A stretch of DNA of 64,000 nt, taken from positions 81,744 to 145,743 of the forward strand of contig CAXHJY010001693.1 in assembly GCA_964016885.1 (NCBI GenBank). The letters run 5' to 3'. The position numbers and the translations under genes were made by a program. Under the pieces are notes generated by a model. It did no database searches and was not told the origin of the DNA. It saw nothing but the letters and a program-made list of their open reading frames with translations. Shown piece after piece: positions 38,401-48,453 of the stretch. The stretch's first letter is position 1; every line of letters starts with the position of its first letter. This DNA is from Eledone cirrhosa (lineage: Eukaryota).

Positions 38401-41400
38401 AGGGAGTGTAACTTTGAGTTACTGCAGGTTCACCCGAGTGAGCACTCGATGTTTAGGTTCACTTCTGTGTCGAGGTGTGGAGCGAAACAGAGTGTATTAT
38501 AGTAAAATAAAGCAAAGACAAGTGGTTACTCCTTCATTACATTTATTGGTTGGTGACGCGCATTTCGCCACTGATCAGACCCCTTAAAAGGGGTCTGACG
38601 AGCTGTGGATTACAGAGTCGGGCTAGATCGAACCTTGAGCTGATCAGTGGCGAAACGCGCATCACCAACCAATAAACGTAATGAAGGAGATTCACTCGTC
38701 CTTGTTTTATTTTACTATATATATATGTATAAGAACAAAGTGGAGGTGCTACATAGGAGATTTATTGCTCAATCCTGGTTATAAATGTTTCTCAAGCAAC
38801 CGGCTCGTGATCTGGGTTGGCATTCCAGACCAGACTCCAAGTCTGCCTGATCCTCAGACCAGCGTTAACACAACAAAAATCACATCAAACCTATATGTAT
38901 ATATTGAATAATTTGCTTTATGCGTAACTATTATTTTTAATACAATAGGATTTTGTACACAATGTTTGAAAAAATCTTTCAAGGAATTATGAAACAACCT
39001 TTTGTACTGTTTATTATAATAAATTACTGTATTTTGAGCTGTTTTAACTTCTACAACTATGTTTCAAATTTTTTAATGTTTTTGTAAAAAAGATATCTAT
39101 CTATATATATATATATGCATATTTTTTTTAATGATTGATTGATTTATATATATAAAAATCAGCAATTCAGAATAAACATGCAGCTCTGAAAAAACAGATA
39201 TTTCTAGTGAGAGTCAATGAGAGAGAGAGAGAGAAATATTGGTAAAAGGTGAGTGGTGGTGGTGGTGGTGGTTTGTTGTTAAAGAGCAGAAAGGCAGCAG
39301 TGTGTGATGAAATCAAACACTACAGCTACATGTGGTCTGTTGTAATTTAGTAAACAATGTGAAGAGAAAGAGAATGAGGGTGACAGGACAGAGGAAGAAT
39401 GGGGGGAGAGATATCAAGGAAGTAGCATGAAAAGGTAGGTGTGTATGTGTGTATATATATATATATATGTGTCAAAGGTTCCTTAGCTTAATGGTTAAAG
39501 AGTCTAGCCAGTATCTGGCATTCAATTTCACATAGCAGCAAATGACAAATTCTTTTTCGTGTAGGTGTCACGATAAAAAGCCCCCAGTCCACACTGTAAA
39601 GTGGTCGTGTAGATATCACGACAAAAAACACCCAGTCCACACTGTAAAGTGGTCGTGTAGATATCACGACAAAAAACACCCAGTCCACACTGTAAAGTGG
39701 TTATGTAGGTGTCACGACAAAAAGCACCCAGTCCACACTGTAAAGTGGTTATGTAGGTGTCACGACAAAAAGCACCCAGTCTACTCTAAAGTGGTTATGT
39801 AGGTGTCAAGACAAAAAGCACCCAGTCTACTCTAAAGTGGTTATGTAGGTGTCACGACAAAAAGCACCCAGTCTACTCTAAAGTGGTTATGTAGGTGTCA
39901 TGACAAAAAGCACCCAGTCTACTCTAAAGTGGTTATGTAGGTGTCAAGACAAAAAGCACCCAGTCTACTCTAAAGTGGTTATGTAGGTGTCAAGACAAAA
40001 AGCACCCAGTCTACTCTAAAGTGGTTATGTAGGTGTCAAGACAAAAAGCACCCAGTCTACTCTAAAGTGGTTATGTAGGTGTCAAGACAAAAAGCACCCA
40101 GTCTACTCTAAAGTGGTTATGTAGGTGTCACGACAAAAAGCACCCAGTCCACACTGTAAAGTGGTTATGTAGGTGTCACAACAAAAATCACCCAGTCCAT
40201 ACTGTAAAGTGGTTGGTGTAAGGAAGGGCGTCAAGCTGTAGAAACCAAACCAAAAGAAGTCCCGTGTGAGCAAGATATGGTCACCTGACCTGCCATTTCT
40301 CACAACAGGACAACTCATCTAACCTATGTTAGCGTGGAAAACTGGACGTTAAACGGTGATGATGATGGTTATATATATATAGTTAGTTGGGTGAAACACA
40401 TGTCCTCAAAGATGGTTTGCTAATATGTTGTGGAACTAACTTTATACCAAACTTGTCATATGGACTGAATGCTCTACTTAGTACGGATATAACCTACCAG
40501 TGTTCTACCTTTGTATACATATATGGACAATCATAAAATCTAGAAAATTTGTGTTTTGATAAATTTATGGTTTGCATAGAAGAAACCCTATAGTTTATAT
40601 TGGTTACTGACATGTGGAAGTAATTAAAGATGATATTTAAATTTATTTCTAAGATATAATTACATAAGTGTTCAGCATGAATATACAAATGAGATTGAGG
40701 ATTAAATGTATGAGTTACTTTGGTGAAATAACTATTTACAGGGGCTAATGTAAGGTTAGAATCCTGGACCTTGTGTTACTTTGGTGAAATAACTATTTAC
40801 AGGGACAAATGTAGGGTTAGAACCGAAGACCTTGCGTTACTTTGGTGAAATAACTATTTACAGGGACAAATGTAGAGTTAGAGTCGAGGGCCTTGTGTTA
40901 CTTTGGTGAAATAACTATTGACAGGGACAAATGTAGAGTTAGAGTCGAGGGCCTTGTGTTACTTTGGTGAAATAACTATTTACAGGGACAAATGTAGAGT
41001 TAGAGTCGAGGGCCTTGTGTTACTTTGGTGAAATAACTATTTACAGGGACAAATGTAGAGTTAGAGTCGAGGGCCTTGTGTTACTTTGGTGAAATAACTA
41101 TTTACAGGGACAAATGTAGAGTTAGGAACCAGGAACTTTTACAGACAACTTCAGGTACTGATGAAAGATACCTCATCATCTTGGCAGGTGACTTCAATGG
41201 ACATATGGGACAGTACCAGGTTGGATTCAGTGGAGTTCACAGCAGCTATGGTTATGTCTCAAGAAATGAAGAGGGATTGAGGCACTTGGAATTCTCTGAT
41301 GCAAATGAACTAACCATTTGTACTACAAATTTCAGGGACTCAGCCAACAATCTGATTACATACCAATACACAAGCCAAATTAATTTCTTACTTGTAAGAC

Positions 41401-44134
41401 AAGATAAAGGGACTGTAATAAATACCAAGGTTTTCTCCAGGGAAGAATGTGCAGCCCAACACAAGTTTGTTATTGTTGACATCAGAATAAACACAAGAGA
41501 GGACAAGATACACAGAAAAAGTGTGTTAGAAATGACACAGGTGCACTTAGTACCATTGATGCTTAAAAGAAAGAGGCCTGGAAATGTTATTTTGAGATGC
41601 TGAAGAATGTAGAGAATGAATGGGAAGAGGGGAGACTACCCCACCTTACCCAACTGAGAGACCAGCTGTAGAATTTGACAGTTACAAGGTTAAAGAAGCA
41701 ATGAAGGAGATGAAGAATGGTAAATCTGTGGGACCATCAGAGGTAGTTGCTGTGATGCTAACAGCATTGGAAGAAGTAGGGGTTGAACTAGTAACCCACA
41801 TAATTAATCAGGTAATACAGGATAGAGTCAGACTCAATACTTTGCTACAGGGGCAAAGGCGATGCTCTAGAAAGGAGCACTACAGAGGAATAATACTAAT
41901 GGATAAGTTATGAAAGTTGCTGATATGCTAAAAGTATCAGAGGAAGTAGTAACCCACCTAGTGAATCAGGTCATTACAGGACTGGCGCAGTAGTACAATC
42001 ATAGATTGCTACAGGGGTGATGTTCTAGAAAGGAACCACTACAAAGACACAATTGTGTCAACTTACCTTTTGCCAGCCGCCATATGAGATGACACGGCGA
42101 TACAACAGGTATAGGTCAACATCACGACCAGCAATCTGTGGGATTTTCCGGAATGGGGTCCTGTAGAAATAATAATAATAATACATAGAGATGATAAACG
42201 AAAAAATATATATATACATATATATATAATAACGAAGAAGGCAGTATGTTAGAGTTTGACATCATTTTATTAATTACATCATTGCTGTTATAAGCATTTC
42301 AATGGTATCAATTACACAAGATACAACCTCATCAGACAGCTATTATGTACATAAGCCGGTGTGTGTAAGTCTATATAAGTGATGCTTTCCCGCCGATACT
42401 CCAAGCTTGTTGCCAGCATGCGTATTTGGTATTTGACACACCGTTCATGAACCAAGACGGTGATATTAAAACAAAATATTACAGAGAGTTCTTTCAATGA
42501 TAGTTTAGTGGTACTCATGCCTTTCTCTATTTTTTCTGTCCAACCAAGATCAGTATTTTTGAAATTCTTTTAATCTTTTAGGCGGTTTTAGTCATTAAAC
42601 TGCAGTCCTGCTTCAGTGACACCTTAACCCTTTAGCATTTAAACCGGGCATATCCAGCCAGAATTCTCTCACCTCTTTCTGTTCAAACTGGCCATTAAAC
42701 GGCTGCTCATACTTAGGTTAAGGCATGGTTCTCAAAATAAATATCAAAATCTTGTAGATTCGATATTATGTGAGGTAAAGCCTTTACTGTGAAAATATAA
42801 TAGTATATATAGAGTAATGTAAATGTTATGTGAGGTAAAGCCTTTACTATGAAAATACAATAGTATATATAGAGTAATGTAAATGGTAATGGGTTAAGCT
42901 GCTGTCATGCTTCTGTGACACCTTAAAGGGATCTGTGGTTGATCAAACCTCATATATTACCAATCTCTCTCAAACAGCTAAGTTATGTAACACAAACAGA
43001 CAAAGACATAAAGAGATACATATCACTCTGCATCCACCAGATTACATTTGTTTGTTTATAAACTAGTGTAATGCAACCAGTGGTTACCTACCAGCTTACA
43101 GTCCAACCACTGTAGTCACCAACCAGTGTGGTTACCAACCAGTGTAGTTACCAACCAGTGTGGTCACCAATTAGTGCTTATCAACCAGCTTATAGTTCAA
43201 CCAGTGGTTACCAACCAGCTTTTGCCCAACTAGTGGTTACCAACCAGTGAGGTTACCAACCTATATAGTTACCTACCAGTGGTTACAAACCAGCTTGTAA
43301 TGTTCTATCTATCATCACCATTTTACGTCCATTTTTCCCTACTTGTAAGAGGGGGATGGGTCCTCTTCAGCACAGCATCTCTCCACTCGTCACGGTCCTT
43401 CATCATTTCCTCTGTGAGCTTCAGTGATCTGAGGTCAGCTCTCACCACCTCTGCCCATGTTTTCTGTGGTCTTCCTTCCACCGGGATTACTTCTTCACTA
43501 TCTATCTATATCTAATATTCTAATGTGTGCGTATATGTATATATCAGATATACATATATATGTATGTGATCCTTGGTGATTACTTACTGCTTGAAGCACC
43601 AAAAGGCATGGAAGAACCATAGACTAAGATACATATACATATATCTCATCTCATCTGTCCCATAGTCTGGTGGGGCACCACGGATGACCTGGCAACCAGC
43701 TCATTCCATTCCTCTCACCTCCTAATGGTTGCACCCAACCTCATGCCTGTCCATTCCGGGATGTTGTCTGCCCATCTATTTCTCTGTCAGCCTTTCTTCC
43801 TTCCTCCAAGTCCTGAAGATCTTGTCATGTGCCTGTACCAGCTTAATTTGCGTTGTTTTACAATGGTCAACAGGTCTTCATAGGGCTTTGCCAAATTCTG
43901 TTTTGCACCTCCTCACTGTAGGTGATGCCAAGGAGCTTTCTGAAGCATCTCATCTCCATAACCTGAATTCTTCTTTCCAGATCTGCAGTTATTGTCCAAG
44001 ACTCAGACATACAAGAATATGGACATGACCAGAGAACGCACCAGTACCATCTTTGAGCTGAGGGCTATGTTTTTGCTATTTCAGATGGTCTTATTTATAC
44101 ATATATATATATATACACACACATATATATACAT

Positions 44135-44181
<47 letters not shown>

Positions 44182-44528
44182 AACGCACACACATATATAT
44201 AGACATAATTATTATTGCATCCCTGTTTTTCTTGTTTCCTATTCTCTGTAAATATATCTATATACATCACCTCTCATATATATATGTGTGTGTGTGTCTG
44301 TATATATATACATGTGTGTGTGTATATATATATATTCATATATTCATATATATGAATATATGCATATATGAATATATATATATATGAATATATATATATA
44401 TGAATATATATATATATGAATATATATATATATATATGAATATATGCATATATATATATGAATATATGCATATATATATATATATATATATATGAATATA
44501 TGTATATATATATATATATATGAATATA

Positions 44529-44624
<96 letters not shown>

Positions 44625-45154
44625 CATATATATATATATGCATATATATATATATATATATGTATATACGCATATATTCATATATATATATATACAATAT
44701 ATACAGACACACACACACATATATATATGAGAGAGGTGATGTATATAGATATATTTACAGAAATAAACAGTATAAAATACAATAAACAGACTCATATCCA
44801 TATATACATATACACACACATACATACATCAACATCATCATATATATGCACGTTTCATAATAATTTATACCGCCATATTTTAATATAGAGACACAGATCT
44901 CTCTCTAGGTAATATATATACTCATTCATATATACAAATAAACATCAGATACATAAAATAAACACACATATCGATCTCTTATATATATATATATATACAT
45001 ACATAAATATATATATATTATACACACACATATATATATATATATATATCGATCAGAGACAATGTTTTAATATATATATATATTTATATATATCCAAACA
45101 CGTTTATATTAACAGCCATAAAGAGAGAAACAGTTGATTTATATATATATATAT

Positions 45155-45191
<37 letters not shown>

Positions 45192-45308
45192 TATATATAT
45201 ATCTAGACATTTAAATATATATACACTATACATTGTATTATATTATTATACAAACAAAGAAATATTCCACTCGTTTATTAAGTGGTTCCATCTTATACTC
45301 TGTTGGTG

Positions 45309-45339
<31 letters not shown>

Positions 45340-45842
45340 GTACACACACACATATATATACTCACAATATAAATATGTGTGTGTGTGTGTGTGTATATCT
45401 TTATACAGTTAAATCCATAAATATATATATATGTATATATCATCTATACATTATATATGGACGATCAAACAAAAATATGGCACACACACACACACATATA
45501 TACACATACATCTACACATTTAAATACACACACACATATACATACATCTAGACATTTAAATACATATATATATAAATATATACATCATATTATACAATCC
45601 AACAAAGAAATATATAAATAAATACCCGTATTATATTATTAGGGGTCTTCCCTGTTACCCTCTCTTGTGATATAAATATATATACATATACACACATACA
45701 TATACATAGACATTTAAACAGACATATATATAAATATATACATGATCTATATATTATATTATACAATCCAACAAAGAAATATATACCCCTGATTTATATT
45801 AAGGGGTCTTCCCTGTTACCCTCTGTTGATATAAATATATAT

Positions 45843-45885
<43 letters not shown>

Positions 45886-46064
45886 TTTAAACAGACATAT
45901 ATATAATATACATCATTTATACATTATATATATGAAATAAAGAAATATAAAAGCCAGTGGCCCCTATCTTACCCTCTGTTGTTGTGATATTGTCTCAATT
46001 CCTTAATAAATTCCGTGTATTCCTCGTTATAAGTGAAAGGGTCTTTGTTTAGAATATTTGCCAT
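1652..46064 (-). CDS. ARID2: AT-rich interactive domain-containing protein 2 (ARID2/BAF200, PBAF subunit), complete 21-exon gene, 2285 aa
   Basis: Exons joined manually: 45973-46064, 42067-42160, 30504-30601, 30227-30381, 29077-29295, 28626-28693, 27970-28042, 27508-27587, 27009-27085, 26641-26722, 26347-26443, 25912-26121, 25021-25182, 24320-24377, 23818-23952, 23436-23554, 14681-19004, 13263-13398, 12254-12634, 2569-2660, 1652-1757. All junctions are GT-AG with consistent phase, total 6858 nt. Diagnostic motifs: [17 protein letters not shown] (ARID), [37 protein letters not shown]2H2 pair, [18 protein letters not shown]. Confidence 0.96.
1838..2173 (+). mobile_element. tRNA-derived SINE, family A (full length)
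   Basis: A box TGGCTTAGTGG, B box GAGTTCAATTCT, central ccttgagcaagacacttt domain, gttaggaagggcatccagc domain, (ATG)n tail; close copies at 5030 and 13547. Confidence 0.9.
2174..2505 (+). mobile_element. RTE-type LINE 3' fragment
   Basis: [13 protein letters not shown] motif; related minus-strand copy at 36180-36650. Confidence 0.75.
2569..2660 (-). CDS. ARID2: ARID2 exon 20 ([30 protein letters not shown])
   Basis: Highly conserved ARID2 C-terminal block; 92 nt. Confidence 0.96.
5030..5356 (-). mobile_element. tRNA-derived SINE, family A
   Basis: Reverse-complement copy of 1838-2173. Confidence 0.9.
5690..6140 (-). mobile_element. Mariner transposase remnant (N-terminal HTH region)
   Basis: Fragments translate as [55 protein letters not shown] (WVPHEL-like). 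Confidence 0.7.
6746..6859 (-). CDS. Candidate 114-nt in-frame cassette exon of ARID2 ([38 protein letters not shown])
   Basis: ttctcttgtag| and CAG|GTGAGT; phase 0-0 in a phase-0 intron; no stops; non-repetitive, CpG-containing sequence. Confidence 0.6.
8808..9080 (-). mobile_element. SINE/LINE-tail fragment related to family A
   Basis: (CAT)n tail, ctggatgcccttcctaacacc domain. Confidence 0.75.
10838..11001. mobile_element. Non-autonomous MITE with TTAA-CCC termini (piggyBac-like)
   Basis: TTAACCCTTTAG...CTAAAGGGTTAA; family copies at about 10617, 12844, 20085, 22165, 22390, 25335, 37020, 37468, 42624. Confidence 0.75.
11499..11826. repeat. Near-perfect fold-back palindrome, ~155-bp arms, ~10-nt spacer
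   Basis: tataagatcaaaagatgg...gtgcagtttta / taaaactgcac...ccatcttttgatcttata. Confidence 0.95.
12254..12634 (-). CDS. ARID2: ARID2 exon 19 (DQHCSEAVL...[19 protein letters not shown])
   Basis: Within ORF 12215..12784; 381 nt, phase 0-0. Confidence 0.93.
13263..13398 (-). CDS. ARID2: ARID2 exon 18, C2H2 fingers ([16 protein letters not shown]...[21 protein letters not shown])
   Basis: C.WEGC...R...S..TH.Q motif; 136 nt. Confidence 0.95.
13547..13880 (-). mobile_element. tRNA-derived SINE, family A
   Basis: Reverse-complement copy of 1838-2173. Confidence 0.9.
14215..14637 (-). mobile_element. Two tandem tRNA-derived SINEs, family B
   Basis: GGCGGTGAATTGGCAG..GTTCAAATCCC head, cctttcatccttacggggtcgataaaataaagtacc core, gctggccttgtgcc tail; other copies at about 7215-7365, 19275-19475, 32205-32385, 38265-38372. 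Confidence 0.85.
14681..19004 (-). CDS. ARID2: ARID2 exon 17, 4324-nt exon encoding a Q/S/T/P-rich disordered region and the start of zinc finger 1 ([10 protein letters not shown])
   Basis: ORF 14677..19050; acceptor ctttcag|, donor |gtaagt. Confidence 0.95.
20354..21280 (+). mobile_element. Mariner element 5' part with an internal ~290-bp tandem duplication
   Basis: [41 protein letters not shown]; 20699-20990 is repeated at 20989-21278. Confidence 0.85.
21555..21990. repeat. ~48-bp minisatellite, about 9 copies
   Basis: Unit cagagtggactgggtgtattttagcatgacaccagtactaccacttca; reverse complement resembles the 39560 unit. Confidence 0.9.
22423..22750. repeat. 60-bp tandem amplification inside a TTAA MITE
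   Basis: Repeated tatgtgaggtaaagcctttactgtgaaaatacagtagtatatatagagtaatgtaaatg; analogous 72-bp array at 25345-25625. Confidence 0.9.
23058..23080 (-). other. Candidate premature terminal exon of ARID2 (GAISK*) with adjacent AATAAA
   Basis: TACTAAC-tttgtag|GAGCCATTTCTAAATGA-AATAAA, followed by GT-rich sequence. Confidence 0.4.
23166..23222 (-). CDS. Candidate 57-nt in-frame cassette exon of ARID2 ([19 protein letters not shown])
   Basis: cttatcttctactgtag| and TAG|GTATGT; phase 1-1 in a phase-1 intron; open frame. Confidence 0.45.
23436..23554 (-). CDS. ARID2: ARID2 exon 16 (AVFPNVEEK...[20 protein letters not shown])
   Basis: VFPN end of the RFX-like domain; donor |gtaggt, phase 1. Confidence 0.93.
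23818..23952 (-). CDS. ARID2: ARID2 exon 15, RFX-like winged helix ([27 protein letters not shown]...)
   Basis: WL...E......S...LY.DY...C RFX pattern; 135 nt. Confidence 0.94.
24055..24232. mobile_element. Unclassified non-autonomous DNA element
   Basis: End ggagagttgacaggtctg is shared with 49890-49955, 50230-50276 and an inverted copy at 50615-50775. Confidence 0.6.
24320..24377 (-). CDS. ARID2: ARID2 exon 14 ([19 protein letters not shown])
   Basis: 58 nt; supplies the required phase change and the start of the RFX-like domain. Confidence 0.88.
25021..25182 (-). CDS. ARID2: ARID2 exon 13 ([26 protein letters not shown]...)
   Basis: Overlaps ORF 24977..25177; canonical sites. Confidence 0.93.
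25912..26121 (-). CDS. ARID2: ARID2 exon 12 ([14 protein letters not shown]...[12 protein letters not shown]...)
   Basis: Overlaps ORF 25904..26101; 210 nt. Confidence 0.94.
26347..26443 (-). CDS. ARID2: ARID2 exon 11 ([32 protein letters not shown])
   Basis: 97 nt, canonical sites, phase-consistent. Confidence 0.92.
26641..26722 (-). CDS. ARID2: ARID2 exon 10 ([27 protein letters not shown])
   Basis: LRQ.GLDTLGN motif. Confidence 0.94.
27009..27085 (-). CDS. ARID2: ARID2 exon 9 ([26 protein letters not shown])
   Basis: RNLSF ARM-like motif. Confidence 0.93.
27508..27587 (-). CDS. ARID2: ARID2 exon 8 ([26 protein letters not shown])
   Basis: D.EGQRV.Q motif; canonical sites. Confidence 0.93.
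27970..28042 (-). CDS. ARID2: ARID2 exon 7 ([17 protein letters not shown]...)
   Basis: FW.D.V.D.EVR motif; canonical sites. Confidence 0.9.
28505..28587. mobile_element. Tc1/mariner-type MITE (TA-CAGGGTGTCC TIR)
   Basis: tacagggtgtcc..aaaatgtatacac / gtgtatacatttt..ggacaccctgta; copies at 34146-34322, 48964-49040, 49717-49818. Confidence 0.75.
28626..28693 (-). CDS. ARID2: ARID2 exon 6 ([22 protein letters not shown])
   Basis: 68 nt, phase-compatible, canonical sites. Confidence 0.9.
29077..29295 (-). CDS. ARID2: ARID2 exon 5 ([29 protein letters not shown])
   Basis: Conserved ARID2/Rsc9-type motif; canonical sites. Confidence 0.96.
29545..30178. repeat. 48-bp minisatellite, about 13 copies
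   Basis: Unit agaaatatggtaatgaaagggttaa(t/a)gacatagacagtgtctttcatt. Confidence 0.95.
30227..30381 (-). CDS. ARID2: ARID2 exon 4 ([14 protein letters not shown]...YKYNQHKVS)
   Basis: Within ORF 30204..30392; tttcag| and |gtgag. Confidence 0.95.
30504..30601 (-). CDS. ARID2: ARID2 exon 3, ARID domain ([33 protein letters not shown])
   Basis: Canonical splice sites, ARID helix residues; 98 nt. Confidence 0.95.
30830..31450 (+). mobile_element. RTE LINE reverse-transcriptase fragment
   Basis: [50 protein letters not shown], with stops. Confidence 0.9.
36180..36650 (-). mobile_element. RTE-type LINE 3' fragment
   Basis: Homologous to 2174-2505 ([17 protein letters not shown]). Confidence 0.7.
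37468..37670. mobile_element. Full-length copy of the TTAA-CCC MITE
   Basis: ttaaccctttagcattta...taaatgctaaagggttaa terminal inverted repeats. Confidence 0.8.
38590..38670 (+). ncRNA. Hammerhead-ribozyme-like motif (type I, Penelope-like element associated)
   Basis: ggt-CTGACGA-GCT-[44 nt]-GGC-GAAAC-GCGC-ATC-acc; homologue at 48127-48200. Confidence 0.5.
39560..40212. repeat. 46/48-bp minisatellite, about 14 copies, amplified from a SINE/LINE-UTR segment
   Basis: Unit gacaaaaagcacccagtctactctaaagtggttatgtaggtgtca(a/c); runs directly into the gtggttggtgtaaggaagggc tail. Confidence 0.93.
40712..41125. repeat. 61-bp minisatellite, about 7 copies
   Basis: Unit ccttgtgttactttggtgaaataactatttacagggacaaatgtagagttagagtcgaggg. 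Confidence 0.93.
41125..42050 (+). mobile_element. RTE LINE fragment (APE endonuclease end and RT start, internally deleted)
   Basis: [33 protein letters not shown]; [11 protein letters not shown]. Confidence 0.9.
42067..42160 (-). CDS. ARID2: ARID2 exon 2, ARID domain ([32 protein letters not shown])
   Basis: ctacag| acceptor, |gtaagt donor; 94 nt. Confidence 0.95.
43650..44090 (-). mobile_element. RTE/BovB-like LINE 3' fragment
   Basis: Minus strand gives [12 protein letters not shown] and [20 protein letters not shown]-like segments. Confidence 0.65.
45973..46064 (-). CDS. ARID2: ARID2 coding exon 1 ([30 protein letters not shown])
   Basis: ATG in ccaagATGGC context, donor GG|GTAAGA, matches the ARID2 N-terminus; 92 nt. 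Confidence 0.92.
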
Positions 46065-46069
46065 CTTGG

Positions 46070-47220
46070 AAAACACTCTACATGGAGCACATTATACATC
46101 TATCTACTCTATTATACATACAGCAGTCCACTTTATATATACACCACACCATTTAGATGTGTATATATAGTATATATACACATAGATGTATTAGTTTAGA
46201 AGGAATATACAACATCTATGTGTATATAAAGTGTATATATTGGTGTAGAAAGTGTATATGTGAGAGAGGTCTGTTGTAGTCTGGTGATATTATTACTATA
46301 TGGTGCTGCTTAGATCACTTTATACATACATCACAGCATTTAGATGTATATATATACATAGATAAATTAGTTTAGAAGAAATATACAACATCTATGTGTA
46401 TATATATATATATGTGTATATAAGTGTATATGAGTATATATAGGTGTATATGGCAGAGGTTTTTATGTAGTCTGGTCTACATACAGTACATAGTGATGTT
46501 TAGATCACTTTATATATACACCACAGCATGTATATATACATCTATGTGTGTATATAGAAGTATATAAGTGTATATACGTGTATATAAGTGTATATAAGTG
46601 TATATAGGTGTATATAAGTGTATATATGACACAGGTTGTAGAGATCTGGTCTACATAGAGCAGATATTATTAGTAAATAGCTTACTTTCTACATACATCA
46701 CAGCATTTATATATATATATATATACATCTATGTGTATATAGGTGTATAAAGTGTATATATAGGTGTATATGTGACACTGGTTAGAGAGGGTCTCTTGCA
46801 GTGTTAGTAAATGGCGATGATTAGATCACTTTCTACATACATTACAGCCTTTAAATATATATATACACATAGATATATTAGTGTAGAAGAAATATACAAC
46901 ATCAGTGTGTATATATAGGTGTATATAAATGTATATATATGTGTATATAAGTATATATATATATATATGTGTGTGTATATAAGACTGTATATGTATGTGA
47001 CACTGGTGTAAAGAGAGTCTCTTTGCAGTCGATCGGCGATGGCTTGCTCTAGCTTACTTTATACATACACCACAGCCTGTGTATATATATATACACATAG
47101 ATAAATTAGTTTAGAAGGAATATACAACATCTATGTGTATATAAGTGTGTGTATATATAGATAGGTGTATATATAAGTGTGTATAATGTGACAATGGTGT
47201 AGAGGTTTTCTTTGCAGTCA
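46070..47220. repeat. Degenerate ~140-230-bp tandem repeat, about 6 copies, immediately upstream of the ARID2 ATG
   Basis: Recurrent cacttt..acatacaccacagc, ttagtttagaaggaatatacaacatctatgtg and gtgacactggtgt blocks. Confidence 0.8.
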
Positions 47221-47269
47221 GCGATCGAAATAAACGTGCAGCGTTGTCAGGAGCCTCCTACTCCCTCAC

Positions 47270-47820
47270 TGGCTAACCTCCTCCTCCCCTTCAGTCTCAA
47301 GCTGCTCACTGACCCTCTCTCATTCACTCTGTATCACTCCTCATCCTCAGACTCGTGCTGCTTACTCACCCTCTCTCATTCACTGTATATCTCTCCTCCT
47401 GCTCACTCACCCTCTCTCATTCACTCTATATCTCTCCTCTTCCTCAGACTCGTGTTGCTCACTGACCCTCTCTCATTCATTCTATATCTCTCCTCCCCCT
47501 TACTCTTAGTCTCATGTTGCTCACTTACCCTCTCTCATTCACTCCTCTTCTTTAGACTCGTGCTGCTCACCCATCCTCTCTCATTTACTCTTTATCTCTC
47601 TTCCCCCTCAGTCTTAGTCTACTGCTTACTCACCCTTTCTCTTCAACTCTATACCTCTCTAGTTTTAAACTGTCTCTCCTCCTCCTTAGGCTCATGCTGC
47701 TTACTTACCCTCTCTCTTTCACTCACTCTTTACCTTTGTCTTCTTCTCGTACTCTTTCAGTCTATCTTTCCTTTAAAACTCACTGCCGCCCTCTCTAGCT
47801 CTTTTACTCTGTCTCTCTCT
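47270..47820. repeat. CT-rich degenerate ~55-bp tandem repeat
   Basis: Recurrent ctcactgaccctctctcattcact..ctcagactcgtgctgc. Confidence 0.8.
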
Positions 47821-48397
47821 TTATGGCCGATCGCGTGTATATATATATATACACACAAACACACATATATGTATATATAGTTATACTTTGGGAGGGTCAT
47901 GCTGTCCATAAAAACACACGCACCTGTTCGTTTTCACTTCAATTTATTATACATTTCCGGTTAGCTGGTTGCTTCAATAACCGGATAGTTGTTTATATAT
48001 TGTCAAAACTCTTTCGTCACACATTCTGTGACCTCCTCAGTGACTGGGTTTTAAATTTGTGTCTTTCCTTTGTTCTGTCCTACACCATGTTGATTTTGTG
48101 TGTTGTGACATTACCATAACAAAAGTCCGATGAGCTTTTGATTCCAGAGTCGAGCCAGATCGCAACTTGAGCTGATTAATAGCGAAACGCACGTCACAAC
48201 TTAATAAACGGAACGAAGATCTAACAAATCGTTCTTTTATTATATATATATATATATAGAGAGAGAGTTGTGTAAAACCAGACCCCGGCGCCAAGCCGGA
48301 ACCACTTGGTGCCGGGAGTCACATCTCTCTACCTACTTTACATCCCTCCATACATCGAGTACTGCCATGATATGGCCTCCTGGGTCACAGCTCCGCA

Positions 48398-48453
<56 letters not shown>

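Noticed and set aside
47212-47880. 222-aa Leu/Ser-rich ORF
   Set aside because: Translation of a CT-rich tandem repeat
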